Assembly: GCA_948525355.1 (NCBI GenBank)
Contig: CAOSOP010000001.1
Span: 732 to 51,769, forward strand
Source: an uncultured Bacilli bacterium
GTDB taxonomy: Bacteria; Bacillota_I; Bacilli_A; RFN20; CAG-288
DNA length: 51,038 nucleotides
Reading direction: 5' to 3'
This document shows positions 1 to 7,770 of the stretch, piece by piece. The notes beneath the pieces are model-generated. The model made no database searches, was not told the origin of the DNA, and saw only the letters and a list, made by a program, of their open reading frames with translations. Positions within the stretch are counted from its first letter, which is position 1. Each line of letters opens with the position of its first letter. Made by a program: the position numbers and the translations under genes.

Positions 1-1
1 C

Positions 2-295
2 TTTCTATGTTTAATTTGCTTTCCAGAAATTCCTTCATCTGCATATAGATTATACAATTCGTATCCATTATTCTTTGCAAATTCATTAGAATGTCATCTT
101 GATGGAAGTGGTAGATTGCTACTACCTAAGACTTTCTTAGAAAAAGCTCATATTGATAGAGAAATAATTCTTCTAGGTGTTTCTGATCATTTAGAAATTT
201 GGGATTATAAGACTTATTCTCAGCAAAGTGAGGAAGATGAAGATAACTATGAAGCTTTAGCTTCTAAGATGAGTGGAGTTAAGAGTTATGAGTGA
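2..295 (+). CDS. mraZ: Transcriptional regulator MraZ, C-terminal part (5' end cut by window edge)
   Basis: The frame starting at nt 2 reads ...LDGSGRLLLPKTFLEKAHIDREIILLGVSDHLEIWDYKTY... and ends at TGA 293-295. This matches the MraZ SpoVT/AbrB-like repeat and lies directly upstream of rsmH. Confidence 0.8.
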   Translation, partial: FLCLICFPEIPSSAYRLYNSYPLFFANSLECHLDGSGRLLLPKTFLEKAHIDREIILLGVSDHLEIWDYKTYSQQSEEDEDNYEALASKMSGVKSYE

Positions 296-1229
296 AGAGT
301 ATAATGAACATGTTCCTGTGATGCTAGAAGAAGTTCTACAATATAGTAATTTAAAAAATAACTCTGTTGTAATTGATATGACTCTTGGAAGATGTGGTCA
401 TTCTAAGGCATTTCTTAATTCTATACCTAGTGGCCATTTATATGGAGTTGATCGTGACAGCAAAGCAATCACGTATGCTGAAGGTGAGTTAAAAAAATAT
501 AAAAATGTTGATATTTTAAAAGCAAAATTCTCTGAGGCACCACTCTTGTTAAATCAAAATTATGGATTAGAAAAAGCCGATTTCATATTTTATGACTTAG
601 GAGTATCTTCACCACAGTTTGATGATCCTAGCAGAGGATTCTCTTATAGGTATGATTCGCCGTTAGATATGAGAATGGATCAAATAGAGAATAGATTGAC
701 TGCGAAAGAAGTTGTAAATAGTTACGAGCCAAGTACACTAGTAAAAGCTATATTTGAATACGCCGATGAAATATATGCAAAACAAATCGTCCGTAATATT
801 GTTAAGCATAGAAAACAGAAACCAATCGAGACAACATTTGAATTAGTCGAAATAATTAAAGAAGCGTTGCCAAAAAGTGTTTTATATAAGGATAAACACC
901 CGGCAAAAAAGACATTCCTCGCTATCAGATATCTTGTTAATCAAGAAAAAGATGAAATATTATTCGGAATTCCTGAAGGAATAAGAATGTTAGATAAAGG
1001 TGGAAGGTTAGAAGTATTGACATTCAATTCTTATGAAGATGGATTAGTGAAAAAAATATTTAAACAATTTACTTCAATTCTTACAAGCAGTAAATATTTG
1101 CCACCAGAGAATAAAAGCATTGATTACAAGTTAGTGACTAAAAAACCTCTTGAACCTTCGCTAGAAGAAATTGAAAGAAATAAGCGTGCCAAGCCCGCAA
1201 AGCTAAGAATTATAGAAAGGATAAAATAA
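288..1229 (+). CDS. rsmH: 16S rRNA (cytosine1402-N4)-methyltransferase RsmH (MraW)
   Basis: Contains HVPVMLEEV, DMTLGRCGHS, GVDRD, FYDLGVSSPQFD and GFSYRYD..LDMRMD motifs. I chose ATG 288 (MSEEYNEH) over the GTG 273 used in the ORF track. The start overlaps the mraZ stop. Confidence 0.9.
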   Translation: MSEEYNEHVPVMLEEVLQYSNLKNNSVVIDMTLGRCGHSKAFLNSIPSGHLYGVDRDSKAITYAEGELKKYKNVDILKAKFSEAPLLLNQNYGLEKADFIFYDLGVSSPQFDDPSRGFSYRYDSPLDMRMDQIENRLTAKEVVNSYEPSTLVKAIFEYADEIYAKQIVRNIVKHRKQKPIETTFELVEIIKEALPKSVLYKDKHPAKKTFLAIRYLVNQEKDEILFGIPEGIRMLDKGGRLEVLTFNSYEDGLVKKIFKQFTSILTSSKYLPPENKSIDYKLVTKKPLEPSLEEIERNKRAKPAKLRIIERIK

Positions 1230-1230
1230 A

Positions 1231-1428
1231 ATGAAAGAAAAACTAAGAAAAGTTGGTAAGAGAAAAAACAGAAGAGCATTAAAGATATCAATTTTTGTTT
1301 CTTTTGTTTTTACAGCAGGCCTTTTATCAGTTGTAGTTCCGCATCTCTTAAATAAAGAGAACAATATAAGTAAAGTAGAACTTAATAAAGATAAAAAACA
1401 AGCTCAGTTTGTTCTTATTAACGAATAA
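1231..1428 (+). CDS. Small basic single-pass membrane protein, possibly FtsL-like
   Basis: 65 aa with a Lys/Arg-rich N-terminus and one TM helix. It occupies the ftsL position after rsmH but is shorter than typical FtsL, and no pbp or mur genes follow. Confidence 0.35.
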   Translation: MKEKLRKVGKRKNRRALKISIFVSFVFTAGLLSVVVPHLLNKENNISKVELNKDKKQAQFVLINE

Positions 1429-1508
1429 ATATTATTTCTTAACAAATAAATTAATCAAGCATTCGTTTTAAAACTTGATAATTTATTGACAAACAACTAA
1501 TAGATAAT

Positions 1509-1537
1509 AAAAATGAAGGCATATGCCTTCATTTTTA
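1509..1537. terminator. Bidirectional intrinsic terminator between convergent ftsL-like gene and thrS
   Basis: aaaaATGAAGGCATATGCCTTCATtttt: a perfect palindromic stem flanked by an A-run and a T-run. Confidence 0.75.
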
Positions 1538-1549
1538 TTATCATTATAA

Positions 1550-3460
1550 CTAATCGCGATAAGTCTTTTTATTCTTTATATCTTCAGTAATTTTACTAAC
1601 GAATTCGTCTATACTTATGGTATTAGTTTTTTGTTGTCCAAATAGACGATAACTGATTAAGTTTTCATTCATCTCATTATCACCTAGTATAAGTGTATAA
1701 GGAACTTTCATCGTTTGTGAGTTTCTAATTTTATAGTTTAGTTTTTCATTTTCGCTATCAACTTTAACTCTTATATTATTATCTTTAAGAGTTTTGGCTA
1801 TCTTATTTGCATATTCTATATGACTGACGCTATTAATAGGAATTATTCTAACTTGCTCAGGTGCAAGCCAAGTTGGGAATGCACCTTTAAAATGTTCGGT
1901 GATAATTCCGATAAAGCGCTCAATAGAGCCGAGAATAGCACGATGGAGCATAACTGGTCTTTTCTTTGTGCCATCGGCATCAATATAGCTGATATCAAAT
2001 CTTTCAGGTAAATTCATATCAAGTTGTATAGTACCGCACTGCCATATTCTATTCATGCTATCTTTTAATTTGAAATCAAGTTTAGGTCCATAGAATGCTC
2101 CATCACCTTCATTAATTTTATATTCGACACCAACTTCTTCAAGACATTCTTTAAGAATCTGTTCTGATTTATTCCAGACCTCTATTGAACCGATATATTT
2201 GTTTTCTGGTCGTGTTGATAAAACAATGGAGTATTTTAGGTCAAACACTTTATAGATTTCATCATAGAGCGCAAGAAGTGACTTAATCTCGCTCTTTAAT
2301 TGGTCAAGTGTTGCAAAGATATGAGCATCATCTTGAGTAAATGATCTAACTCTAAATAAACCTGCTAGAGCACCGCTAGCTTCGTGACGGTGAACATGTC
2401 CCATTTCACCTAAACGCAAAGGTAAATCTCTATAAGAATGAATACTAGAATTATAAACGATCAATCCACCTGGACAACTCATTGGCTTAATAGCATAGTC
2501 CTTATCATCGATAACTGTTGTATACATATTTTCTTTATAATTCTTCCAGTGACCGCTTGTTTCCCATAATTCTCTAGAAAGAATGATAGGAGTATTAATG
2601 AAAAGATATCCATTATCTTCATGTATCTTGTACCAATAGTTTTCAAGTTCACGTCTTAAAATCATTCCATTAGGAAGGAAGAAGGGAAATCCTGGACCAT
2701 AATCACTTAACATGAATAGTCCCATCTGCTTTCCGATACGACGATGGTCAGAAAGTTTTCTTTGCTCTAAAATGTCCAAATGTTTCTTTAAGTCATCGGC
2801 AGTAAAGAAACAAGTTCCATATATTCTTGTAAGTTGAACATTTTTTTGATCACCTTTATAGTATGCACCAGCTAAGGAAAGAATTTTAAAGTTCTTTAAC
2901 AGACCAGTATGCTTAACATGAGGTCCACGACATAAATCGGAGAAGTCACCTTGTGTATATATAGAAATAGGGCCTTCAACTTCATCAATATGTTCAAGCT
3001 TAAACTTTTGATTTTTAAAAATCTTCTTTGCCTCGCTCTTACTAACCTCTGTTCTTACGATAGAATAAGCCATATTAGCTAATTCGCGCATCTTTTTTTC
3101 AATAAGTAGAAAATCATTTTCAGATATGGGTGTATCAAATAATATATCGTAGAAAAAACCTTCTTCTATAGATGGACCAAAGGCTAATTGTGCATTAGGA
3201 TAAAGTGATAAAACAGCCTGTGCAAGAAGATGAGCTGCGGAATGATTGATAATGTCCATAGCTTCTTTATCATTTTTTGTAATAAATGCAATCTTTCTAT
3301 TATCGCCATCGATACTTTGTGATAAATCAAGTATATCACCATCTACACTTACTGCTATTGCTTCTTTTAGCAGAGAAGTTGATATTTTTGATGCAATTTG
3401 TGCTCCAGTTGAGCCATTTTCAACATCCAATTCTTTTCCGTCTTTTAAAATTACTTTCAT
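1550..3460 (-). CDS. thrS: Threonine--tRNA ligase
   Basis: 636 aa with N-terminal TGS, editing-domain HSAAHLL, class II core (FRVRSFTQDDAHIF, GTIQLDMNLPERF) and a C-terminal anticodon-binding domain. It is preceded by a T-box leader. Confidence 0.95.
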   Translation of the reverse strand: MKVILKDGKELDVENGSTGAQIASKISTSLLKEAIAVSVDGDILDLSQSIDGDNRKIAFITKNDKEAMDIINHSAAHLLAQAVLSLYPNAQLAFGPSIEEGFFYDILFDTPISENDFLLIEKKMRELANMAYSIVRTEVSKSEAKKIFKNQKFKLEHIDEVEGPISIYTQGDFSDLCRGPHVKHTGLLKNFKILSLAGAYYKGDQKNVQLTRIYGTCFFTADDLKKHLDILEQRKLSDHRRIGKQMGLFMLSDYGPGFPFFLPNGMILRRELENYWYKIHEDNGYLFINTPIILSRELWETSGHWKNYKENMYTTVIDDKDYAIKPMSCPGGLIVYNSSIHSYRDLPLRLGEMGHVHRHEASGALAGLFRVRSFTQDDAHIFATLDQLKSEIKSLLALYDEIYKVFDLKYSIVLSTRPENKYIGSIEVWNKSEQILKECLEEVGVEYKINEGDGAFYGPKLDFKLKDSMNRIWQCGTIQLDMNLPERFDISYIDADGTKKRPVMLHRAILGSIERFIGIITEHFKGAFPTWLAPEQVRIIPINSVSHIEYANKIAKTLKDNNIRVKVDSENEKLNYKIRNSQTMKVPYTLILGDNEMNENLISYRLFGQQKTNTISIDEFVSKITEDIKNKKTYRD

Positions 3461-3477
3461 AAAATCCTCCTTTTAGT

Positions 3478-3675
3478 AATAAAAAAGGTGGACTACAGGG
3501 CGAAAACCGCGGTACCACCTGAATTTAATACTCAATTATTTACATTACGTCGTAAACACGCCTTATTACTAAGGGAGCTCAGAAGTGGTAACAGTTTTTG
3601 TGGTTGCTTTCACCTATTCAACCTCTCTGTTAATTAAAAACTATCATGTCTTCATCATAGCTCGTGCTAGGCACA
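3478..3675 (-). promoter_or_regulatory. T-box riboswitch leader of thrS (probable ACC Thr specifier) with terminator/antiterminator
   Basis: The minus strand reads AGAGAGG...GGTGAAAGC...GTTACCACTTC...AATTCAGGTGGTACCGCGGTTTTCGCCCTGTAGTCCACCTTTTTT. It has the canonical T-box sequence GGTGGTACCGCG and a terminator stem followed by a U-run just before the SD GGAGG. Confidence 0.85.
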
Positions 3676-3680
3676 TAAAT

Positions 3681-3708
3681 ATTTTAGCACGCTTTACTTA
3701 TAATACAA
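3681..3708 (-). promoter_or_regulatory. Putative sigmaA-type promoter for the thrS leader
   Basis: Minus strand TTGTAT-16 nt-TAAAAT, located just upstream of T-box stem I. Confidence 0.4.
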
Positions 3709-3723
3709 GAAGTATTTTTTTAT

Positions 3724-3755
3724 AAAAAAATGAGCAAGGGTCGCAACCCATGCTC
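3724..3755 (-). terminator. Intrinsic terminator downstream of the toxin/immunity-like operon
   Basis: Minus strand GAGCATGGG-TTGCGA-CCCTTGCTC (9-bp stem with one mismatch) followed by TTTTTTT. Confidence 0.7.
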
Positions 3756-3790
3756 TGACTCTGGGCTTCGAAAGTTTCCAAAGTGCTACT
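3724..3790 (-). ncRNA. Candidate ~65-nt small RNA (alternatively the 3' UTR of the upstream operon)
   Basis: A promoter-like TTGACT-17 nt-TAAACT lies on the minus strand at 3825-3797. About 65 nt of locally GC-enriched sequence follows, able to form two hairpins, the second being the terminator at 3755-3732. No SD-preceded ORF is present. Confidence 0.25.
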
Positions 3791-3891
3791 GCCATTAGTT
3801 TAAATAAGCGCCTATAAAAAGTCAATTTTTTTAGATTGAATTATATAGATTAGGTTGTTGCTTTTTATTGTTTAAAAGAAGTTAGTAATTC

Positions 3892-4260
3892 TTAACGAGA
3901 GTTTTCAATCCACCATTCCTTATCTTTTATAATTGTCCCTCTGATTTCTGTTATTTCTGTTCCTTCTACATCACAAAGTGGGTAGCGATAAAAATCTAGA
4001 TGTTTGAACTCATCAGAAATTATTCTTTTTGCGTAATCTTCAGTTAGGCAATCATCTATTTCTTCTTTTGTCATTAATGCTAATTCTTCTTCTTTATGTA
4101 AAGTAAGAATTTGTGGTATATCGTATCCATAGCATAAGCAGATGTATTTATTTCTTTTTTCATCATATCCTACAACTCTTAGTGCTTTAATATCAAAGAA
4201 TGGATCAGCATTCTTAATAGGGATACTGTATACGAAATCGTTTATTTTAAATTTTTTCAT
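3892..4260 (-). CDS. Small cytosolic protein, paralog 1; candidate cognate immunity protein
   Basis: 122 aa with no signal peptide. It starts 8 nt after the stop of the 440-aa secreted protein. Two close paralogs lie at 5716-6087 and 6408-6782. I recognised no family. Confidence 0.5.
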   Translation of the reverse strand: MKKFKINDFVYSIPIKNADPFFDIKALRVVGYDEKRNKYICLCYGYDIPQILTLHKEEELALMTKEEIDDCLTEDYAKRIISDEFKHLDFYRYPLCDVEGTEITEIRGTIIKDKEWWIENSR

Positions 4261-4268
4261 AGTTATAC

Positions 4269-5591
4269 CTAAAACTTCGGACTTAGTGGATGAATTTCAC
4301 CGATTCCATCATCATTTGGAGTCCAATATAATAGACCGAAGAAACTATGTGTTTTATAGTAAGGGTCATCCGTAATTCTTTTTCCAATTTCATTATAGTT
4401 ATGAAAATGTTTAAAAGCATATTTTGGAAGATCTTTTTTGATAGCACTATTATATAGATGCAAATCTGGCTTATGAGATGTATATCCAGTACCTGCATTG
4501 ATTATAAGTGATCTAGCGTTATTTTGATACCATGTATATGAACTAAAACTTTTTATGTGTGTCTTGTTTTTTATACAAAATTCTTCTGAAACTGGTGTTG
4601 CTACTGCAATGTCTATATAATCTGTTTTACATTGCTTTATTAAATATATATCATCAGTTCTCCTCACTTCGGTTATAAATGCGCATTGTGCCTCATAATC
4701 TGTTGATGCAATTCGCTTAAAGTTAAATGTAATTCCATCAATCACGCTTCTACTTGAAATAACAGATTCTTCACCTTTAGCGACTGCATCACTAAAGAAT
4801 GATGTAATCCATTTGGCAAAGGCACCGAATTGTTCGACGAACCAATCGCGAATATCATTTATTACCGATTTAATCTCATCCCAATGTTGTACAATGATTA
4901 CTGTTATTGCAATTAGTGCTCCAACCGCAAGTGCAACAGCAATTACCCAACCAACAAATGGAATCCAAGAAGATGAAAGTGCAGTTGATAAAGCAGTGAC
5001 GCATCCGTTGAATGCGCTAATAACTGTTTGTGATAAATTAGCACCTAATAAGATTGCTGATAAGCCAGAAGCGACAGCTGCACTTTGGAGTTCAATAGGA
5101 CTTCTATGAGCATATCTAGGTCTAATATTTAAATTGCGATATCTAATTTCATTAAGGGTCGCATATCTATCAAATTCGTAATTCTGTTTTCTTAACTCGA
5201 TGACCTTATTTAATTCATCAGTAGTTAATTCTGCTTCAAAATTAGCTTGATAATCATGCATAACATCTATATACTTTGGTGCAACATAATTTGCGTCAAA
5301 TTCAGGAAGAGTAATTGTTTCTTTATCTATTACATTTAAGCCTGTTATATCAATGTAATCATTAAATTCAGTACTATAGTTTTCTAATGCTTTTTCAAAT
5401 ACTTCATTTGGATCATCAGTTTCAACTATATTTCTACTAGAAGCAGCAATTCTTTTAGTCAGATTTTTGACTTTCAAAGTAATTTGATCATTAATTTCTT
5501 CTAGTTCGTTAGCAACTGCAACAGACTTCATATTTGAAGTAATTAAGAACACACTACATACAAGCGATGAAAGTAAATATTTTAGTTTCAT
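4269..5591 (-). CDS. Secreted/membrane-associated protein with His-rich C-terminal domain; candidate polymorphic toxin
   Basis: 440 aa. Sec-type signal peptide (MKLKYLLSSLVCSVFLITSNMKSVAVA). Residues ~165-235 are Gly/Ala/Ser-rich and hydrophobic (..WIPFVGWVIAVALAVGALIAITVIIV). The C-terminal ~170 aa contain FKHFHNYNE...KTHSFFG. SD AGGAGG precedes the ATG, and a small cytosolic protein gene follows immediately. Confidence 0.45.
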   Translation of the reverse strand: MKLKYLLSSLVCSVFLITSNMKSVAVANELEEINDQITLKVKNLTKRIAASSRNIVETDDPNEVFEKALENYSTEFNDYIDITGLNVIDKETITLPEFDANYVAPKYIDVMHDYQANFEAELTTDELNKVIELRKQNYEFDRYATLNEIRYRNLNIRPRYAHRSPIELQSAAVASGLSAILLGANLSQTVISAFNGCVTALSTALSSSWIPFVGWVIAVALAVGALIAITVIIVQHWDEIKSVINDIRDWFVEQFGAFAKWITSFFSDAVAKGEESVISSRSVIDGITFNFKRIASTDYEAQCAFITEVRRTDDIYLIKQCKTDYIDIAVATPVSEEFCIKNKTHIKSFSSYTWYQNNARSLIINAGTGYTSHKPDLHLYNSAIKKDLPKYAFKHFHNYNEIGKRITDDPYYKTHSFFGLLYWTPNDDGIGEIHPLSPKF

Positions 5592-5715
5592 TTTATCCTC
5601 CTATTCTTGCTTATATCTTATCATATCTTAAAGTCATGTAATAATATATTTTGTAATATGTATTAACCCATATTTCTCATTATTTCTACAAGTTTTGTTT
5701 TATAAGATATTATTT

Positions 5716-6087
5716 TTAACGACTATGTTCAATCCACCATTCCTTATCTTTTATGATTGTTCCTCTAATACGTGTTATTTCTGTTCCTTCTACATCACAA
5801 AGTGGATAGCGATAAAAATCTAGATGTTTGAACTCATCAGAAATAAGGTCTTTTGCATATTCTTCAGATATATATTCATCTATTTCTTCTTTTGTCATTA
5901 ATGCTAGTTCTTCTTCTTTATTTAGAGTTAAAAGATAGGGGATAAAGTATACATCATAATGTAAGCAAATATATTTATTTCTTTTTTCATCATAGCCTAC
6001 AACTCTCAGTGGGTATATTGATGAATTACGTGATGCTTTTCTTGACGGCACACTATATACGAAATCGTTTATTTTAAATTTTTTCAT
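5716..6087 (-). CDS. Small cytosolic protein, paralog 2; candidate orphan immunity protein
   Basis: 123 aa, roughly 75-80% identical to paralogs 1 and 3. It is preceded by the same 8-nt junction and the last codons of a toxin-like remnant. Confidence 0.5.
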   Translation of the reverse strand: MKKFKINDFVYSVPSRKASRNSSIYPLRVVGYDEKRNKYICLHYDVYFIPYLLTLNKEEELALMTKEEIDEYISEEYAKDLISDEFKHLDFYRYPLCDVEGTEITRIRGTIIKDKEWWIEHSR

Positions 6088-6095
6088 AGTTATAC

Positions 6096-6257
6096 CTAAA
6101 ACTTCGGACTTAAAGGATGAATTTCATCAATTCCATTAATAATGTTTTTTCTTGAAATAACGGATATTTCTTCTTTTGTAATTGTAATAGATCTGGCATT
6201 TGAAGTACTAAAAAAATTGCTACGTGTGAGTGATAATAGTAAATACTTTGAATTCAT
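6096..6257 (-). pseudogene. Collapsed remnant of the 440-aa toxin-like gene (53 codons)
   Basis: Minus-strand ORF MNSKYLLLSLTRSNFFSTSNARSITITKEEISVISRKNIINGIDEIHPLSPKF. It retains the SD and start, a signal-peptide-like N-terminus, a match to GEESVISSRSVIDGI and the exact C-terminal EIHPLSPKF-stop of the full gene. The upstream DNA also matches 5592-5650. Confidence 0.65.
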
Positions 6258-6407
6258 TTTTCCTCCTATGAATAATATATTTTATCATATCTTAAAGTCT
6301 AATAATAAAGTATTTTTTTATAACTACACAATTTTTGAAAACTAATACGAGAATTATTATTTTATTTTAAGGATATAAGCAGCAAGCATTACAAAATAAG
6401 ATATTTA

Positions 6408-6782
6408 TCAACGGCTATGTTCAATCCACCACTGTTTATCCTTTATAATTGTTCCTCTAATTTCTGTTATTTCTGTTCCTTCAACATCACAAAGTGGATA
6501 GCGATAAAAATCTAGATGGTTAAACTCTTCAGAAATTAGTCTTATGGCGCGTTCTTCAGTTAGGCAATCATCTATCTCTTCTTTAGTCATTAATGCTAAT
6601 TCTTCTTCTTTATGTAAAGTTAAAAAATCTGGTGAAAAATCATATACATCATAATTTAAACAAATATATTTATTTCTTTTTTCATCATATCCTACAACTC
6701 TTAGCGGGTCAATACGCAAAAACAGATCATCATTCTTAATAGGGATACTATATACGAAATCGTTTATTTTAAATTTATTCAT
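6408..6782 (-). CDS. Small cytosolic protein, paralog 3; candidate orphan immunity protein
   Basis: 124 aa. It shares blocks with paralogs 1 and 2: KFKINDFVYS, LRVVGYDEKRNKYICL, KEEELALMTKEEID, HLDFYRYPLCDVEGTEIT.IRGTIIKDK.WWIE.SR. Confidence 0.5.
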   Translation of the reverse strand: MNKFKINDFVYSIPIKNDDLFLRIDPLRVVGYDEKRNKYICLNYDVYDFSPDFLTLHKEEELALMTKEEIDDCLTEERAIRLISEEFNHLDFYRYPLCDVEGTEITEIRGTIIKDKQWWIEHSR

Positions 6783-6831
6783 TGCTTAACCTCTATAAGT
6801 ATATTTTAGCACAATAATAAATTAATGTTAC

Positions 6832-6859
6832 AAAAAAAGATGTCGACATCTGATTTTTT
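6832..6859. terminator. Intrinsic terminator after the pfkA-pyk-ROK operon
   Basis: aaaaaaAGATGTCGACATCTgatttttt: a perfect 14-nt palindrome with A/T runs on both sides. Confidence 0.65.
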
Positions 6860-6885
6860 AATCATTCGACATCTTTTATAAATTA

Positions 6886-7770
6886 TTAAACTCTATTTAA
6901 GGTTTTTAATGCGATGCTTGCCCCACCCATTAAACCAGCATCTTGATCAAACTTTGAATGTTTAAATATTATAGGTTTCTTTAAGTATGGAATAGTGAAA
7001 GCTGAACTGACTTCTTTGAGATCGTCCATAAATATATCACTAGATTTCATTACGCCACCACTTAAAATAAAGACATCAACTCCAAACATTAAGTGGAGGG
7101 AAGAGATTAAAGAACCAAGATATTTTATCCACTCATCATACACTTTTAAGGCTAAAGTATCTTTATCCTGAACTAAACTAAATAGCATTGATGCAGATTC
7201 GACATCAAGGCCATTAAGTTTGGCTAATTCTACTATACCATTTCCAGATAATAGCTTCTCGCTCTCATAAAATTTTTCCTTATATCTAATCGGTAAATGA
7301 CCGATTTCAAACGGAAGGTCAATCAATTCATGGTTATATACCAAACATCCACCGATACCACTAGATATGGTAATAAAAAAACTTGTATCGAATTCCTTTG
7401 CCATCCCATAAGTTGCTTCAGCAAACGCTGTGGTATTTGCATCATTAGATATATAAACTTTGAAATTTTTGAAGTCTTTTTCTAATCTTTCTTTTAAATC
7501 AAAATCAGTAATTCCTAAATTTGGCAAACATTCAATATGATTATTGTTTACAATACCACAAGCAGATACACCGATGACCTTAGGTTTGCTTGTTTTATAT
7601 ACTTCACTAGTTAATAGTTCGGTCATCATTCTTTTTATTTGAGAGTAGAGAAGTTCTTTATCATTTTTTGTGGTTCTTTCACGCAAAACTTTTGGTGTAG
7701 ACAAGTCTTCTTTTACAAGCCCTACACGAAGATTTGTTGCGCCTAAATCAATAGATATTACTTCTTTCAT
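6886..7770 (-). CDS. ROK-family sugar kinase (glucokinase-like)
   Basis: 294 aa with ISIDLGATNLRVGLV at the N-terminus and ROK-like DANTTAFAE and GIGGCLV. The start overlaps the pyk stop (ATGA). Confidence 0.7.
   Translation of the reverse strand: MKEVISIDLGATNLRVGLVKEDLSTPKVLRERTTKNDKELLYSQIKRMMTELLTSEVYKTSKPKVIGVSACGIVNNNHIECLPNLGITDFDLKERLEKDFKNFKVYISNDANTTAFAEATYGMAKEFDTSFFITISSGIGGCLVYNHELIDLPFEIGHLPIRYKEKFYESEKLLSGNGIVELAKLNGLDVESASMLFSLVQDKDTLALKVYDEWIKYLGSLISSLHLMFGVDVFILSGGVMKSSDIFMDDLKEVSSAFTIPYLKKPIIFKHSKFDQDAGLMGGASIALKTLNRV

Noticed and set aside
1820-3476. Plus-strand ORFs 1820-2011 and 3246-3476 within thrS. Similar shadow ORFs lie in pyk (8005-8421), pfkA (9925-10143), tex, dxs, recN, xerD, parC and parE.
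   Set aside because: All lie inside highly conserved housekeeping CDSs on the opposite strand or in another frame.
4142-5109. ORFs 4142-4375 (+), 4283-4498 (-, alternate frame) and 4813-5109 (+) within the toxin/immunity-like genes, plus 6142-6345 (+) opposite the toxin remnant.
   Set aside because: They overlap longer ORFs that have good SDs and paralog conservation. The paralog alignment supports only the frames I annotated.
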